DNA of 64,000 bases from an uncultured Chloroflexia bacterium (GTDB lineage: Bacteria; Chloroflexota; Limnocylindria; Limnocylindrales; CSP1-4), in the NCBI GenBank assembly GCA_963819655.1, contig CAWFXA010000003.1:32001-96000 (forward strand), given 5' to 3'. Under the pieces are notes generated by a model. The model ran no database searches and had not been told where the DNA came from. It was given only the letters and a program-made list of their open reading frames with translations. Each line of letters starts with the position of its first letter. Position 1 is the stretch's first letter. A program made the translations under genes and the position numbers. Below are positions 21,446 through 32,672 of this stretch, piece after piece.

Positions 21446-24424
21446 CTAGCGCTCGCGCGCGCGCCGTTTCGCGTCGCGGAGCCGCGTCATCGTGTCGGGC
21501 GCCGCTGGCTCCGCGGCAGCTGCCGGTGGCGCCGGGGTTGCGGCGGGCTTGGCGCTCGCGTTCGCCACGGCGGGCGGGGCGGCGGGAGATGCGGCCCTTG
21601 CGACTGGTGGCGGGGTTGCCGGCGCGGGTCCCGCGGATGGCGCCGTCGCGACCGGGGCCGCGGCCGCGGGCGTCGCTTCGGGCGCGCGCAACAGCGCAGC
21701 CCGGGTCTCGGCCGAGGTCGCGCGCCCGCGCGTTGCGAGCATGCTTTCGCCCGTGGCCGTCCTCGCGGCAGTCACTCGCCGGCGTCGCGGCAGCTCGCGG
21801 ACCCAGGCCCCGGCCGCGGCGAACTCCCGTCGGCCGATGGACACCCGCCGCAGCGCGATGTCGAGCGGCCAGAGCAGCAGCGCGATCACCAGCAGCAACG
21901 GCCACAGGTCCGTCGAGCGCGACGTGGTGCGCAGGTCGTGGACCCACGGGTCGAGCGGTGTGACGACCTCGGCCCCGCCGGTCGCTGTCCGCAGGGCGGT
22001 CAGGAACGGCTCGTTCGCTCCCAGCAGCCGGTACTCGGCGGCGGTCTGTGCGACCAGGCCGACCGTCCTGCCGAGAGGGGTCGAGCCCGGTCTCGTCTGG
22101 GTGATGCGCAGGCCGTACGCGCCCGACTCGATCTCGCCGAGCGGCACCTCGTATACGCCCGGTGCGATCTGCACGAGCTTGACCTCGGTCGAGCTGAAAT
22201 CGGGGCCGACCACGACCGCCGACGTCGAGTAGAAGTCGCGCGGTGAGCCGTCCGCATCGACGCTCTCGACATGGAGCGTCGTCTGCCCGCCGCGGACGTC
22301 GAAGGCGGCCTCGATGCCGCCGGTCTCCTCGCCCGGGAACGTCCACGACACGAGCTGGCTGAAGAACCGCGAGAACCCGTCCCAAGCCAGCCAGTCACGC
22401 GCCCAGCGGCCGGTCGAGTCCGACGTCCACGCAACCGAGCGGCCCAGCCCGTACTGCCATTGCGCCAGGAGGGGATCGTCGCGCGCGGTGACCAGCACGG
22501 TCTGGGCGGCCGGCTTGGCCGTCGTTCCGTTGTAGCCGCGCAGCCGCGGCAGCCCATCCTCGAGGCCGCGCAGGATCGGCGAGGACGAGGTCAGGATCGG
22601 GAAGAACGGCTCCTCGATGATCTGCTGGCCGGAGACCTGCTGGGTCTCCTTCAGGAAGATGTCGGGGATGCTTGCTGGGTTCGCGGCATCGTAGAAGCGT
22701 CCGCCGCCCTGTTGGGCCAGACCCTGCAGGAACGGGTTGGAGCCGCCGCCCGCACCGACGGTCGAGAGCGTGATCCCGGCGGCCTTCATGCGCTCGATGA
22801 TCGCGTCGTACTGGCCGCTGCTCGACCAGCCGTCGGTCAGGAGGATGATGTGGCGGCGGGTCGCCGTCGCATCCTCGAGCGACTCGACGGCCTGCTCGAG
22901 TCCCGCGAAGATGTTGGTCTGGCCGATGGGCTGGAGGCCTGCGATCTTGCCCTGCAGGTCCTCGACGCCACCGAGCGGCTGGGTCCGCACGACCCAATGG
23001 GCCTGCTCGTTGAAGGAGACGACGCCGAGCTCGTCCCGCTCCGTCAGCGCCGCCGCGGCGCGCAGGATCGCCTCCTTGCCGATGTCGACCTTGCGGACGC
23101 CGCCCATGCCGACTCCGCCGCCGCCCTGGCCGCCGTTGAACGTGTTGCAGTGGCAGGCGTCCATCGAGCCGGACTGGTCGATCACGACGACGAGCGCCAC
23201 ATCGGGTTGCTTCTGACGATCGCGGACGCCCATATCGACCGGCAGGGACTCCTCGAGAGGGGTCTTCTGGTAGCCGCCGGCGCCGTACGAATTGGGGCCG
23301 CCGATCATGACCAGACCCCGGCCTATGTCCCGCACGTAGACCTGCAATGCCGCGAGCTGGCGGTCGGACAGCCTCGTACGGGGCACATCCACCAGTACCA
23401 CGCTGTCGTACGTCGCCAGCGCGCCGAAGTCGGTCGGCAAGGCCTCGGGGACCATGATGTCGACCTTCTGGCGCTGCGTGATCAGTGCCTCCACGAGCTC
23501 GTCGGCGACGACCTCGTCGCCGGCCAGCACGAGCGTTCGCGGCTCGCCCTTGACGATCGTGATCGAGTCAGCCCGGTCGTTCTGGCTGAAGGTGTCCTGG
23601 GCGGCTTCGACGACGACGCGGAACGTGTGCAGCCGGGCCTCTTCCGGCGTCACGTCGAACGTGACGCGGGTCACCCCTTCCTCGAGAGTCACCCGTTCCG
23701 TGGCGACGTTCTCGCCGCTCGCGAAGAGCCGCACCGTGGCCGGCTGCCGCACCGACGAGCGGATGTCCGCGGCGACCTCGATGGACTCGCCCAGGTTGGC
23801 GGTCGGTGGGGTCGTGACCCGCTCGACGAAGACCTCATCCCCGCCGCCGAGCCCGATCGTGCGTGTCTCGATGCGGATGTCGCGCGATGCGGCAAGGGCC
23901 GCCTCGGCCTGACCGCCGCCCGTGGTGTCGTTGCCGTCCGACAGCAACACGATGCGCTTCTGAGCGTCGTCGGGGAACAGCGCGGTCGCCAGGCGGAGGG
24001 CGCCCCCGATGTCGGTCGCGCCGCGGACGGGCGTCGACGCGAGCCGGTCGATCTCCGCGAGCTCGGACGGCAGCCGCTCGACGAGCGCCTCCTTGCCGAA
24101 TGCGACGATGCCTGCCAGGTCGCCTTCCGGGATCTCCGCCAGCGTCTCGCGCAGGAAGGTCAGGGACTCGTCGCGTCCCTCGGTCCCGACCGAATCGGAC
24201 ATGTCGACGACGAACACCGTCGCCAGGCGATCGACCGGCAGGACGAGCCGGAACCCGGCCAGCGCGAGGACCAGCGCCGACAGCAGGATCGTGCGAACGA
24301 GCAGTGCGACGCGGCGGCGGCCGACCCCCACCCGCCGGCGCGCGCTGAGGTACAGGCCGACGGTCAGCACCATGACCGGGATCAGCAGGAGGAGCGCGAG
24401 CGGGGCGTCGAAGCTGATGCCCAT
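21446..24424 (-). CDS. Membrane protein with two VWA domains and a glutamine amidotransferase-like domain
   Basis: MIDAS motifs DMSDS and DQSGS; LLSDG, LLTDG; GGPNSYGAGGY; WQYGLGRSVAW. Confidence 0.88.
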   Translation of the reverse strand: MGISFDAPLALLLLIPVMVLTVGLYLSARRRVGVGRRRVALLVRTILLSALVLALAGFRLVLPVDRLATVFVVDMSDSVGTEGRDESLTFLRETLAEIPEGDLAGIVAFGKEALVERLPSELAEIDRLASTPVRGATDIGGALRLATALFPDDAQKRIVLLSDGNDTTGGGQAEAALAASRDIRIETRTIGLGGGDEVFVERVTTPPTANLGESIEVAADIRSSVRQPATVRLFASGENVATERVTLEEGVTRVTFDVTPEEARLHTFRVVVEAAQDTFSQNDRADSITIVKGEPRTLVLAGDEVVADELVEALITQRQKVDIMVPEALPTDFGALATYDSVVLVDVPRTRLSDRQLAALQVYVRDIGRGLVMIGGPNSYGAGGYQKTPLEESLPVDMGVRDRQKQPDVALVVVIDQSGSMDACHCNTFNGGQGGGGVGMGGVRKVDIGKEAILRAAAALTERDELGVVSFNEQAHWVVRTQPLGGVEDLQGKIAGLQPIGQTNIFAGLEQAVESLEDATATRRHIILLTDGWSSSGQYDAIIERMKAAGITLSTVGAGGGSNPFLQGLAQQGGGRFYDAANPASIPDIFLKETQQVSGQQIIEEPFFPILTSSSPILRGLEDGLPRLRGYNGTTAKPAAQTVLVTARDDPLLAQWQYGLGRSVAWTSDSTGRWARDWLAWDGFSRFFSQLVSWTFPGEETGGIEAAFDVRGGQTTLHVESVDADGSPRDFYSTSAVVVGPDFSSTEVKLVQIAPGVYEVPLGEIESGAYGLRITQTRPGSTPLGRTVGLVAQTAAEYRLLGANEPFLTALRTATGGAEVVTPLDPWVHDLRTTSRSTDLWPLLLVIALLLWPLDIALRRVSIGRREFAAAGAWVRELPRRRRVTAARTATGESMLATRGRATSAETRAALLRAPEATPAAAAPVATAPSAGPAPATPPPVARAASPAAPPAVANASAKPAATPAPPAAAAEPAAPDTMTRLRDAKRRARER

Positions 24425-26541
24425 CAGGAGGTCGTCCCGGCGCCACGACCGAGGCGCGTCGCCAGGGAGCGGCGCACCCGGACCAGGCCATCACGGTGGT
24501 AGAGCGCCCATTCGACGCACAGCACGACGAGGATCAGCAGCACGATCGGGACCCACATCTCGTCGCGGGTCGTGGGTCGCTCGGTGACAGGGGCGGCGCC
24601 CGGCTGCCCGCTCGGACCCGGGACGGGCGAGGCGACTGCGGTCGTGCCGAGCGCTTCGATGGTCGCCGCCGTGCCCGGGGCGATCGTCGATTCGTCGACG
24701 TCGAACAGATCCACCGCGAAGCGCACGGGCGCGAATGGGTCAACGATCACCGGCGGACCCGAGGCGCCCGGCGAGGTGCTGGGCCCCACGGTCGGCGATG
24801 CGGACGGTGTCGTGCTGGGGGCTGCGCTCGTGGCCGGCGTCGCCGAGGCATCGGAGTCCACGATCGGGCTGACCGTGTAGACCCCTGGCAGGTCCGTCTC
24901 GGCGTAGGTGACCGCCGAGCCGCCGGCCGCCGTGCTGCTCGGCACGAGATCGGTCTTCGCGCCGTCGGGACGCGTCACGGTCAGACCCATCGCCCCGATC
25001 GGGATGTGCAGCTCGACGGGCGTGCCCGGATCGACCGCCTCGGTCGGTGCCGTCGACGAGCCCAACAGCTCGCCGGTCAGGTTCGCGAGGAGGATCGGGA
25101 ACGCGACTTGCAGGGGGAGGTCGGACCGCCGCGGTTCGAAGGCGAGCACCGCGGCACCGATCCCGTCGCGGTTGCCCGCATAGAGGAGCGGCGCCCCACG
25201 CGGCCCCGGCACGATCGTGCGGGCCCAGGTCGGCGTGGCGAGCTTCACGGCTTCCGAGATGTGGGTCGTCGACAGGTCGACGTAGCGAAGCACAGGCTCG
25301 TCCGGATCGAGCGTCCCGATGCCCGGGTTCGTCAGCTTGCCGGCCACGTCGCCGAGAGGACTGGTGCGCGGCGGGGCGATGGCCAGGACCGGCGTCTTCG
25401 GCAGTGTTGCCGGGAGATAGCCCTCGAAGATGACGAGGTCCCACGGCCGTCCATCGGTCCGGTCCGACTTCGGCCCGTATTCGGCCGGAGTCACCCCGAA
25501 CAGCTCGACATCTGGGAGGAACGACAGGGCGGTCTCGAGGTACGGATCACCCTCCCCGACGATGAGGACCAGGCGTGTGCGGTCAGGTGGGATGACCGCC
25601 CAGGCGCGGTCGTCGACGGCGAGCTGGTCCGGCGCGGTCGTGATCGCAGGATCCGCCGCGACCAGGCGGACCTCGACCGTACGAACGTCGCGTGGCAGGT
25701 CGTCGACGATGACGTCCGAGCGAGCCTGGGCGTCGAGACGGACGTCGCGCACCTCGATGAGCCGGTCGTCGCCCCACAACTCCAGTCGGCGCGACGCGAC
25801 ATCCAGGTCGAGGTTGGCGATGCTGACGAACACGGACCGGGTGACAGCCGATGGCGACGTGCGCACGGCCAGGGCGACGATGGCCTGGTTCTTGCGCTCC
25901 CGCCCCACGGGGAGGACCTTGATCCGGGCGGACACGCGGGCGGTCGGCTTCGTGGCCAGCGCCGCGTCCGTCGCGACCAGGACCTGGGCGTCACCCGAGC
26001 GCGCGGCGAGCTTCGAAGCCAGCTCCAGGGCGTCGCCGAGGTCGCCCCGGGTCCGCGTCACCGGGATCGATTCGATGGCCTGCCGGACGCGCGCCAGATC
26101 GCCCGACTCGTTGACCACGATGCGCGCGCTCCGGTCGGCGGCGATGACGCTGACCTTGCCGCCCGTCGGGAGGTCCTTGAGCGCCTCGATGGCGACCTGC
26201 TTGGCGGCGGTCAGCCGGTCCGGTACGACGTCGGTCGCGGCCATGCTGGCCGAGGTGTCCATGACCAGGACGATGTCGCGGGCGAGGCCGGCCGGGCGCT
26301 CGAGGAAGGGCCGCGCGGCAAGCAGCGCGAGGGCGATGACCAGCAGCAGTTGGAGGAGGAGCAGCAGGCTGCGGCGCAGCTTCTGCCACGGTGCGTTGGC
26401 CTCGACATCGGCCACGAGCCGCGACCACAACAGCGTCGACGGCACGACCGCCTCGTCCCGCCGCAGCTTGAGCAGGTACATCGCGATGACCGCCGGCACG
26501 AACAGCAGGCCGAGCAGCGCGAGAGGGGTGGTGAACGGCAT
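24424..26541 (-). CDS. BatA N-terminal plus VWA domain membrane protein
   Basis: MPFTTPLALLGL...YLLK...VPSTLLW; DTSASM; C-terminal TM. Confidence 0.85.
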   Translation of the reverse strand: MPFTTPLALLGLLFVPAVIAMYLLKLRRDEAVVPSTLLWSRLVADVEANAPWQKLRRSLLLLLQLLLVIALALLAARPFLERPAGLARDIVLVMDTSASMAATDVVPDRLTAAKQVAIEALKDLPTGGKVSVIAADRSARIVVNESGDLARVRQAIESIPVTRTRGDLGDALELASKLAARSGDAQVLVATDAALATKPTARVSARIKVLPVGRERKNQAIVALAVRTSPSAVTRSVFVSIANLDLDVASRRLELWGDDRLIEVRDVRLDAQARSDVIVDDLPRDVRTVEVRLVAADPAITTAPDQLAVDDRAWAVIPPDRTRLVLIVGEGDPYLETALSFLPDVELFGVTPAEYGPKSDRTDGRPWDLVIFEGYLPATLPKTPVLAIAPPRTSPLGDVAGKLTNPGIGTLDPDEPVLRYVDLSTTHISEAVKLATPTWARTIVPGPRGAPLLYAGNRDGIGAAVLAFEPRRSDLPLQVAFPILLANLTGELLGSSTAPTEAVDPGTPVELHIPIGAMGLTVTRPDGAKTDLVPSSTAAGGSAVTYAETDLPGVYTVSPIVDSDASATPATSAAPSTTPSASPTVGPSTSPGASGPPVIVDPFAPVRFAVDLFDVDESTIAPGTAATIEALGTTAVASPVPGPSGQPGAAPVTERPTTRDEMWVPIVLLILVVLCVEWALYHRDGLVRVRRSLATRLGRGAGTTS

Positions 26542-26546
26542 CGGGC

Positions 26547-27533
26547 CTAGCCGAGGACCCGCCGCCGTCGCAGCTCGGCGAACATCAGGTCGGCGAGGTT
26601 GACGTCGGAGGCGAGGTCGACATAGCTCGCGCGTCGTCGGGCCGCGAGGTCGGCGAACGTCGCCTTCCACGCGGCCAGGCGCGCCTTGTATGCATCGATC
26701 GTGGCGAGATCCGCGGTGATGTCGACCCGCGCGTCGGTCTCCGTGTCCACGAGCCGGAGGTCGCCCTCGAGGAGCGGATCGAGCTCGTCGGGCGACAGCA
26801 CGTGGAGCACGATGAGCTCCGAACCCGTGGCGGCGAGCTCGCGGATGACCCGATCGGCCCCGGGATCGAGCAGGTCGCTGAGCAGCACGATGACGCCCCG
26901 GCCGTGGAGCTGGGCGGCGGCGTGGCGCGCCGCGGCGACCAGGTCGGTCGGACCCGTGGCGGGCTCGATCGCCGAGAGGTCCGCGAGGAGGCGGAACACG
27001 CGGCCCGAGCCGCGCAGCGACGCCCGCCGGCGGGCCATCCTGCCGGTCAACGCGCTGACGGAGACGCGATCCTCGCTGGCGAGCCCGATGTAGCCAAGCG
27101 CCGCGGCGGCTCGCTTCGCGAAGACGAGCTTGGACGGACTGCCGGTGGCCATCGACGCGGACGCATCGATGAGCAGGGTCACGGTGACGTCCTCCTCCTC
27201 GACGAAGAGCTTCACGAACAGGCGCTCGAGCCTCGCGTAGACGTTCCAATCGAGTTGGCGGAGGTCGTCACCGAGGGTGTATTCGCGGTAGTCCGCGAAT
27301 TCGACCGATTGACCGCGCTTGACGCTGCGTCGACCGCCCTTGAGACCGCCGCGGACCGGCGAGCGCATGAGGAGGAGGAGCCGCTCGAGCTGGCGCAGGA
27401 ACGCCTCGTCGAAGACGGTCGGGTCGACCTCGCTGGGCAGGAACACCTGGCGAGTCCCGGCCGTCGCCGGCGCCGATGACGACGAGCTCGCGGTCGGCGA
27501 GGCCCCGGCGTCGAGGCTCGTTCGCTCGGTCAT
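26547..27533 (-). CDS. DUF58 protein
   Basis: GQSVEFADYREYTLGDDLRQLDWNVYAR; DASASM. Confidence 0.92.
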   Translation of the reverse strand: MTERTSLDAGASPTASSSSSAPATAGTRQVFLPSEVDPTVFDEAFLRQLERLLLLMRSPVRGGLKGGRRSVKRGQSVEFADYREYTLGDDLRQLDWNVYARLERLFVKLFVEEEDVTVTLLIDASASMATGSPSKLVFAKRAAAALGYIGLASEDRVSVSALTGRMARRRASLRGSGRVFRLLADLSAIEPATGPTDLVAAARHAAAQLHGRGVIVLLSDLLDPGADRVIRELAATGSELIVLHVLSPDELDPLLEGDLRLVDTETDARVDITADLATIDAYKARLAAWKATFADLAARRRASYVDLASDVNLADLMFAELRRRRVLG

Positions 27534-27543
27534 GACCGCCCGG

Positions 27544-28557
<1,014 letters not shown>

Positions 28558-28594
28558 GAGGCCTCCGATGCGGCGTCGACGGCTGTCGACGCCT

Positions 28595-30532
28595 TTAGTT
28601 GGACGGGTCGAGCGAGCTGAAGTAGAGGCGCACGTAGTCCTTGATCGACAACGGCACGTACCCGCGGTCGAGCGAGGTCTGCGCGTAGTTGAGGAAGTCG
28701 GAGTACACCTGCTCGTAGGGCGTCAGAGCTCCGTTGTTGCTGCCGGAGCCGGTCTGGTTGCCCTGCTGGGTCTGGCCGTCGCCTCCGGTTCCGGCGACGT
28801 ACGACGGATCACCGGGCTTGCCGACGCGATCGAACGGGGCGAACACCGACGAGAGATCCTCGCCGAGCTCCGCCGGCCTGTTGGGGTTGGTCGGTCCGGC
28901 CGGCAGGCCATTGCCGCCGGTGCCCTGGCCCAGCGAGCGGGCATTCGAGCCGCCGCCACCGATGGCACCCTGACCTTGACCCTGACCTTGACCCTGACCT
29001 TGACCCTGGCCCTGACCCTGACCCTGGCCCTGACCCTGACCTTGACCTTGACCCTGACCCTGGCCCTGGCCCTGGCCCTGGCCCTGGCCCTGACCTTGAC
29101 CTTGGCCTTGGCCCTGACCCTGGCCTTGACCTTGGCCGCTCGGTCGCGGGCTGCCCTGCGCCTGGCCTTGCCCTTGCCCTTGGCCCTGGCCCTGGCCCTG
29201 CGCCTGCTGTCCCTGGCCCTGGCGCCCTGCGTCGGCCAACTGGCGACGCGCGTCCTGGAGGCGTGACGCCGCCTCACCCAGATCGCGGTTCGTGTCGATG
29301 TTCGCCTGCGCGCCAGTCATCGACTCGCCCAGGCGATCCAGCGCCGACTTCGCCCCGGCGTTGTCGCCCTGGGCGAGGCTTTGGGCGGCATCACGCAATG
29401 CCGTCGCGGCCCCGCCGTCGGCGCTCGATGCCGTCGACTGCATCTCGGCCAGGTCCTTGGCGAGCTCACGGCGCTCGGCGTCGGTCATCTCGTCGAGCTT
29501 GTCGGCGAGCTCCTTGAGGTCGTCCTTCGTCTGCTCCGGGTCGCCGTCGCGATTGGCGTCGGGCTTGCCGGTCGCCGCCCGGGAGAGCGACCTCGCCAGC
29601 GAGGTCATCGACGACGCGCGCTGCTCGGTCGCTGGGTCGATTCGGGCTCGGACGTCGCTCTCGACCGCCCCGATCTGCCGCAGATTGGCGGCGAGCTGGT
29701 CGGGCTGCGCCCGAAGCTGGCGGGCGAGCTCGCGGAGCTCCTCGGCCAGACGGGTCCGCGGATCCTCGGCGTCGCGCCCCTTGCTTTCGAGGTCGCGGGC
29801 CAGATCCTCCAGCCGGTCGGCCTGGCGATCGGCGGTCTCGCGCACGGCGCGCTGCTGGGCGATCACCGCGTCCTGCGGGTTCGGCAGCACGAGCACGGGC
29901 ACCAAGAGCGCCATCGCCGCGAGGGCGGCCAGCGCCGGGGTCCGCGAGAACCGCGGCTTGAATAGCGCCGGGGCCGTTCGGAGAGACTGCAGCGCGTCGC
30001 GCCGCTGACGCCGGACGAACCGGTCGGTCTCGGCGGCTTCGTCCACGGCCGCGGTCGGTGCGTCAAGGTCGACGTCGTCCGCCGGCGGTGTGGCCGACGC
30101 GGGGAAGCCCACGGCCAGTTCCATCGCCGACGACACCCGGTCGCCGAGCCCGCCTTCGACGTCCACGGCCAGCGCCGTCTCGCCGAGCGACGGGCGGGCG
30201 CGGATCACGACGACGAGCAGGATCAGCAACGCCACGACCGGGATCGCGACGGCGACGATCGGGGCCGCCTCGAGCGGGACGAATCGCGCGACGATCCACA
30301 GGATCGCCTCGCCGATCGCGATCGCCGCCGTGGCCAGCCAGAGGCGGCGCACGATGCGGCGCAACCACAGCCGGTGCTGGTGAGGCGTCAGCGTGGCTCG
30401 CAGCGCGTCGAGCGACGGGTCGAGCGGTCCGGTCAGGGACTGGCGCGGATCTGGCGGGATGACTGCCGCTTCGGGTCCGGGGCGTTGCGCCCGGCGGCGG
30501 AGATCGCCGAGGCGGCGGATGCGCGTGTTCAT
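28595..30532 (-). CDS. Membrane-anchored coiled-coil protein with Gly-Gln repeat tail
   Basis: ATGA overlap with the permease; three TMs; coiled coil; GQ tract; C-terminal VPLSIKDYVRLYF. Confidence 0.8.
   Translation of the reverse strand: MNTRIRRLGDLRRRAQRPGPEAAVIPPDPRQSLTGPLDPSLDALRATLTPHQHRLWLRRIVRRLWLATAAIAIGEAILWIVARFVPLEAAPIVAVAIPVVALLILLVVVIRARPSLGETALAVDVEGGLGDRVSSAMELAVGFPASATPPADDVDLDAPTAAVDEAAETDRFVRRQRRDALQSLRTAPALFKPRFSRTPALAALAAMALLVPVLVLPNPQDAVIAQQRAVRETADRQADRLEDLARDLESKGRDAEDPRTRLAEELRELARQLRAQPDQLAANLRQIGAVESDVRARIDPATEQRASSMTSLARSLSRAATGKPDANRDGDPEQTKDDLKELADKLDEMTDAERRELAKDLAEMQSTASSADGGAATALRDAAQSLAQGDNAGAKSALDRLGESMTGAQANIDTNRDLGEAASRLQDARRQLADAGRQGQGQQAQGQGQGQGQGQGQAQGSPRPSGQGQGQGQGQGQGQGQGQGQGQGQGQGQGQGQGQGQGQGQGQGQGQGQGQGQGQGQGAIGGGGSNARSLGQGTGGNGLPAGPTNPNRPAELGEDLSSVFAPFDRVGKPGDPSYVAGTGGDGQTQQGNQTGSGSNNGALTPYEQVYSDFLNYAQTSLDRGYVPLSIKDYVRLYFSSLDPSN
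28967..29222 (-). repeat. Coding hexanucleotide (Gly-Gln)n tandem repeat
   Basis: About 28 consecutive GGNCAR units plus a shorter GQ tract. Confidence 0.9.
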
Positions 30533-31698
30533 GCAGCGGGTCCGCGCGGGACGCGCGCTCCGCGGCGCAGATGCCAGCGGCGCGTCGGTGAGACGGCCTG
30601 GACAGACAGGAACAGGAAGATCACGGACAGGACGAGCCAGGAGGCGACGCTCTTGGTCCACAGCGTGTCGCGCGTCGGACCGAACGGCTGCGCAGGCTCG
30701 ACGACATCGTTGATCGGTGCCGGTCGAGCGATCACGCCGCCCTGGTCGATTGCAACGAGATCCTCCTCGACGAACCCCTTCTCGGGGACGGCCGGCATGG
30801 GGGCGGGCATCGGAACGCCGTCGTTGCCGTTGATGATGACGCCGTCGTTGCCCGGGACGAGGCCGGTCACGAAGCTGCACCAGCCGCCGCCGAAGGTGGA
30901 CTCGGTGCCGCACATCACGTCGGCCTGGGCGATGAACGGGTTGATCCACGCGAGAGGCGTCGGTGACCGGATCCCGAGCGGTCCAGGCCGCCGGTTCCCG
31001 TTGTTGTCGAAGGACCCCATCGCCTGCCAGAAGACCAGCAAGAAGACCGTCCCGATGGTGATGGCCAGGACGCCGAAGATCGTGATCGCCGTCGAGGCGG
31101 TCGTGCGCTTGACGATGCTGGAGCACAGCAGCCCGAACGAGCCCAGACCCAGCGCGGTCACGATCAGCACGATGTAGCCGCGCACGACATCCTCCGGACC
31201 GACGCCACCGAACACGAAGACGACCGCCATCAGCGGGATCGACGCGGCGATCAAAAGGAAGACGTAGATCAGCGCCGAGAGCAGCTTGCCGATGACGATC
31301 GCGAGCGAGCTGATCGGGGTCGTGACGAGCAGCTCGAGCGTCTGCTTCTCGCGCTCGAGCGAGATCGCCCCGGCGGTCGACGACGGCGCCAGGAACACGA
31401 CCTGCAATGTCATCAGCATGAGCAGCGCCGCGAAGATGCCCTGGCCGATGGCCGGGCCGGCCGCTGCGTTCGTTCCGCCGAACCCGATGTTGAAGGTGCT
31501 CTCCATCACCTTCTCGACCATCAGCGCGAAGCCGCCGAGGAGAAGGAGGTAGATCGTCAGGATGACGAATGCACGACGTCCGCGCATCCGGCCGCGCAGC
31601 TCCTTGACGCCGATCGCCACGATGCCGCCGACCGTCCGCGCGAACGCGGAGAGATGGGGGACCGGCGGCTGGATCGGTGGGGCGGTCGTCTCGGCCAT
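30529..31698 (-). CDS. ABC-2 type transporter permease
   Basis: KELRGRMRG, AGAISLEREKQTLELLVTTP, IVIGKL. Confidence 0.88.
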   Translation of the reverse strand: MAETTAPPIQPPVPHLSAFARTVGGIVAIGVKELRGRMRGRRAFVILTIYLLLLGGFALMVEKVMESTFNIGFGGTNAAAGPAIGQGIFAALLMLMTLQVVFLAPSSTAGAISLEREKQTLELLVTTPISSLAIVIGKLLSALIYVFLLIAASIPLMAVVFVFGGVGPEDVVRGYIVLIVTALGLGSFGLLCSSIVKRTTASTAITIFGVLAITIGTVFLLVFWQAMGSFDNNGNRRPGPLGIRSPTPLAWINPFIAQADVMCGTESTFGGGWCSFVTGLVPGNDGVIINGNDGVPMPAPMPAVPEKGFVEEDLVAIDQGGVIARPAPINDVVEPAQPFGPTRDTLWTKSVASWLVLSVIFLFLSVQAVSPTRRWHLRRGARVPRGPAA

Positions 31699-31709
31699 CG
31701 TCGTCCCTC

Positions 31710-32668
<959 letters not shown>

Positions 32669-32672
<4 letters not shown>

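Noticed and set aside
5309-26550. Long antisense or alternative-frame ORFs (e.g. 5309-8119, 16849-18585, 22271-24502, 24496-26550)
   Set aside because: They shadow well-supported genes, are Arg/Pro-rich without motifs, and are expected in high-GC DNA.
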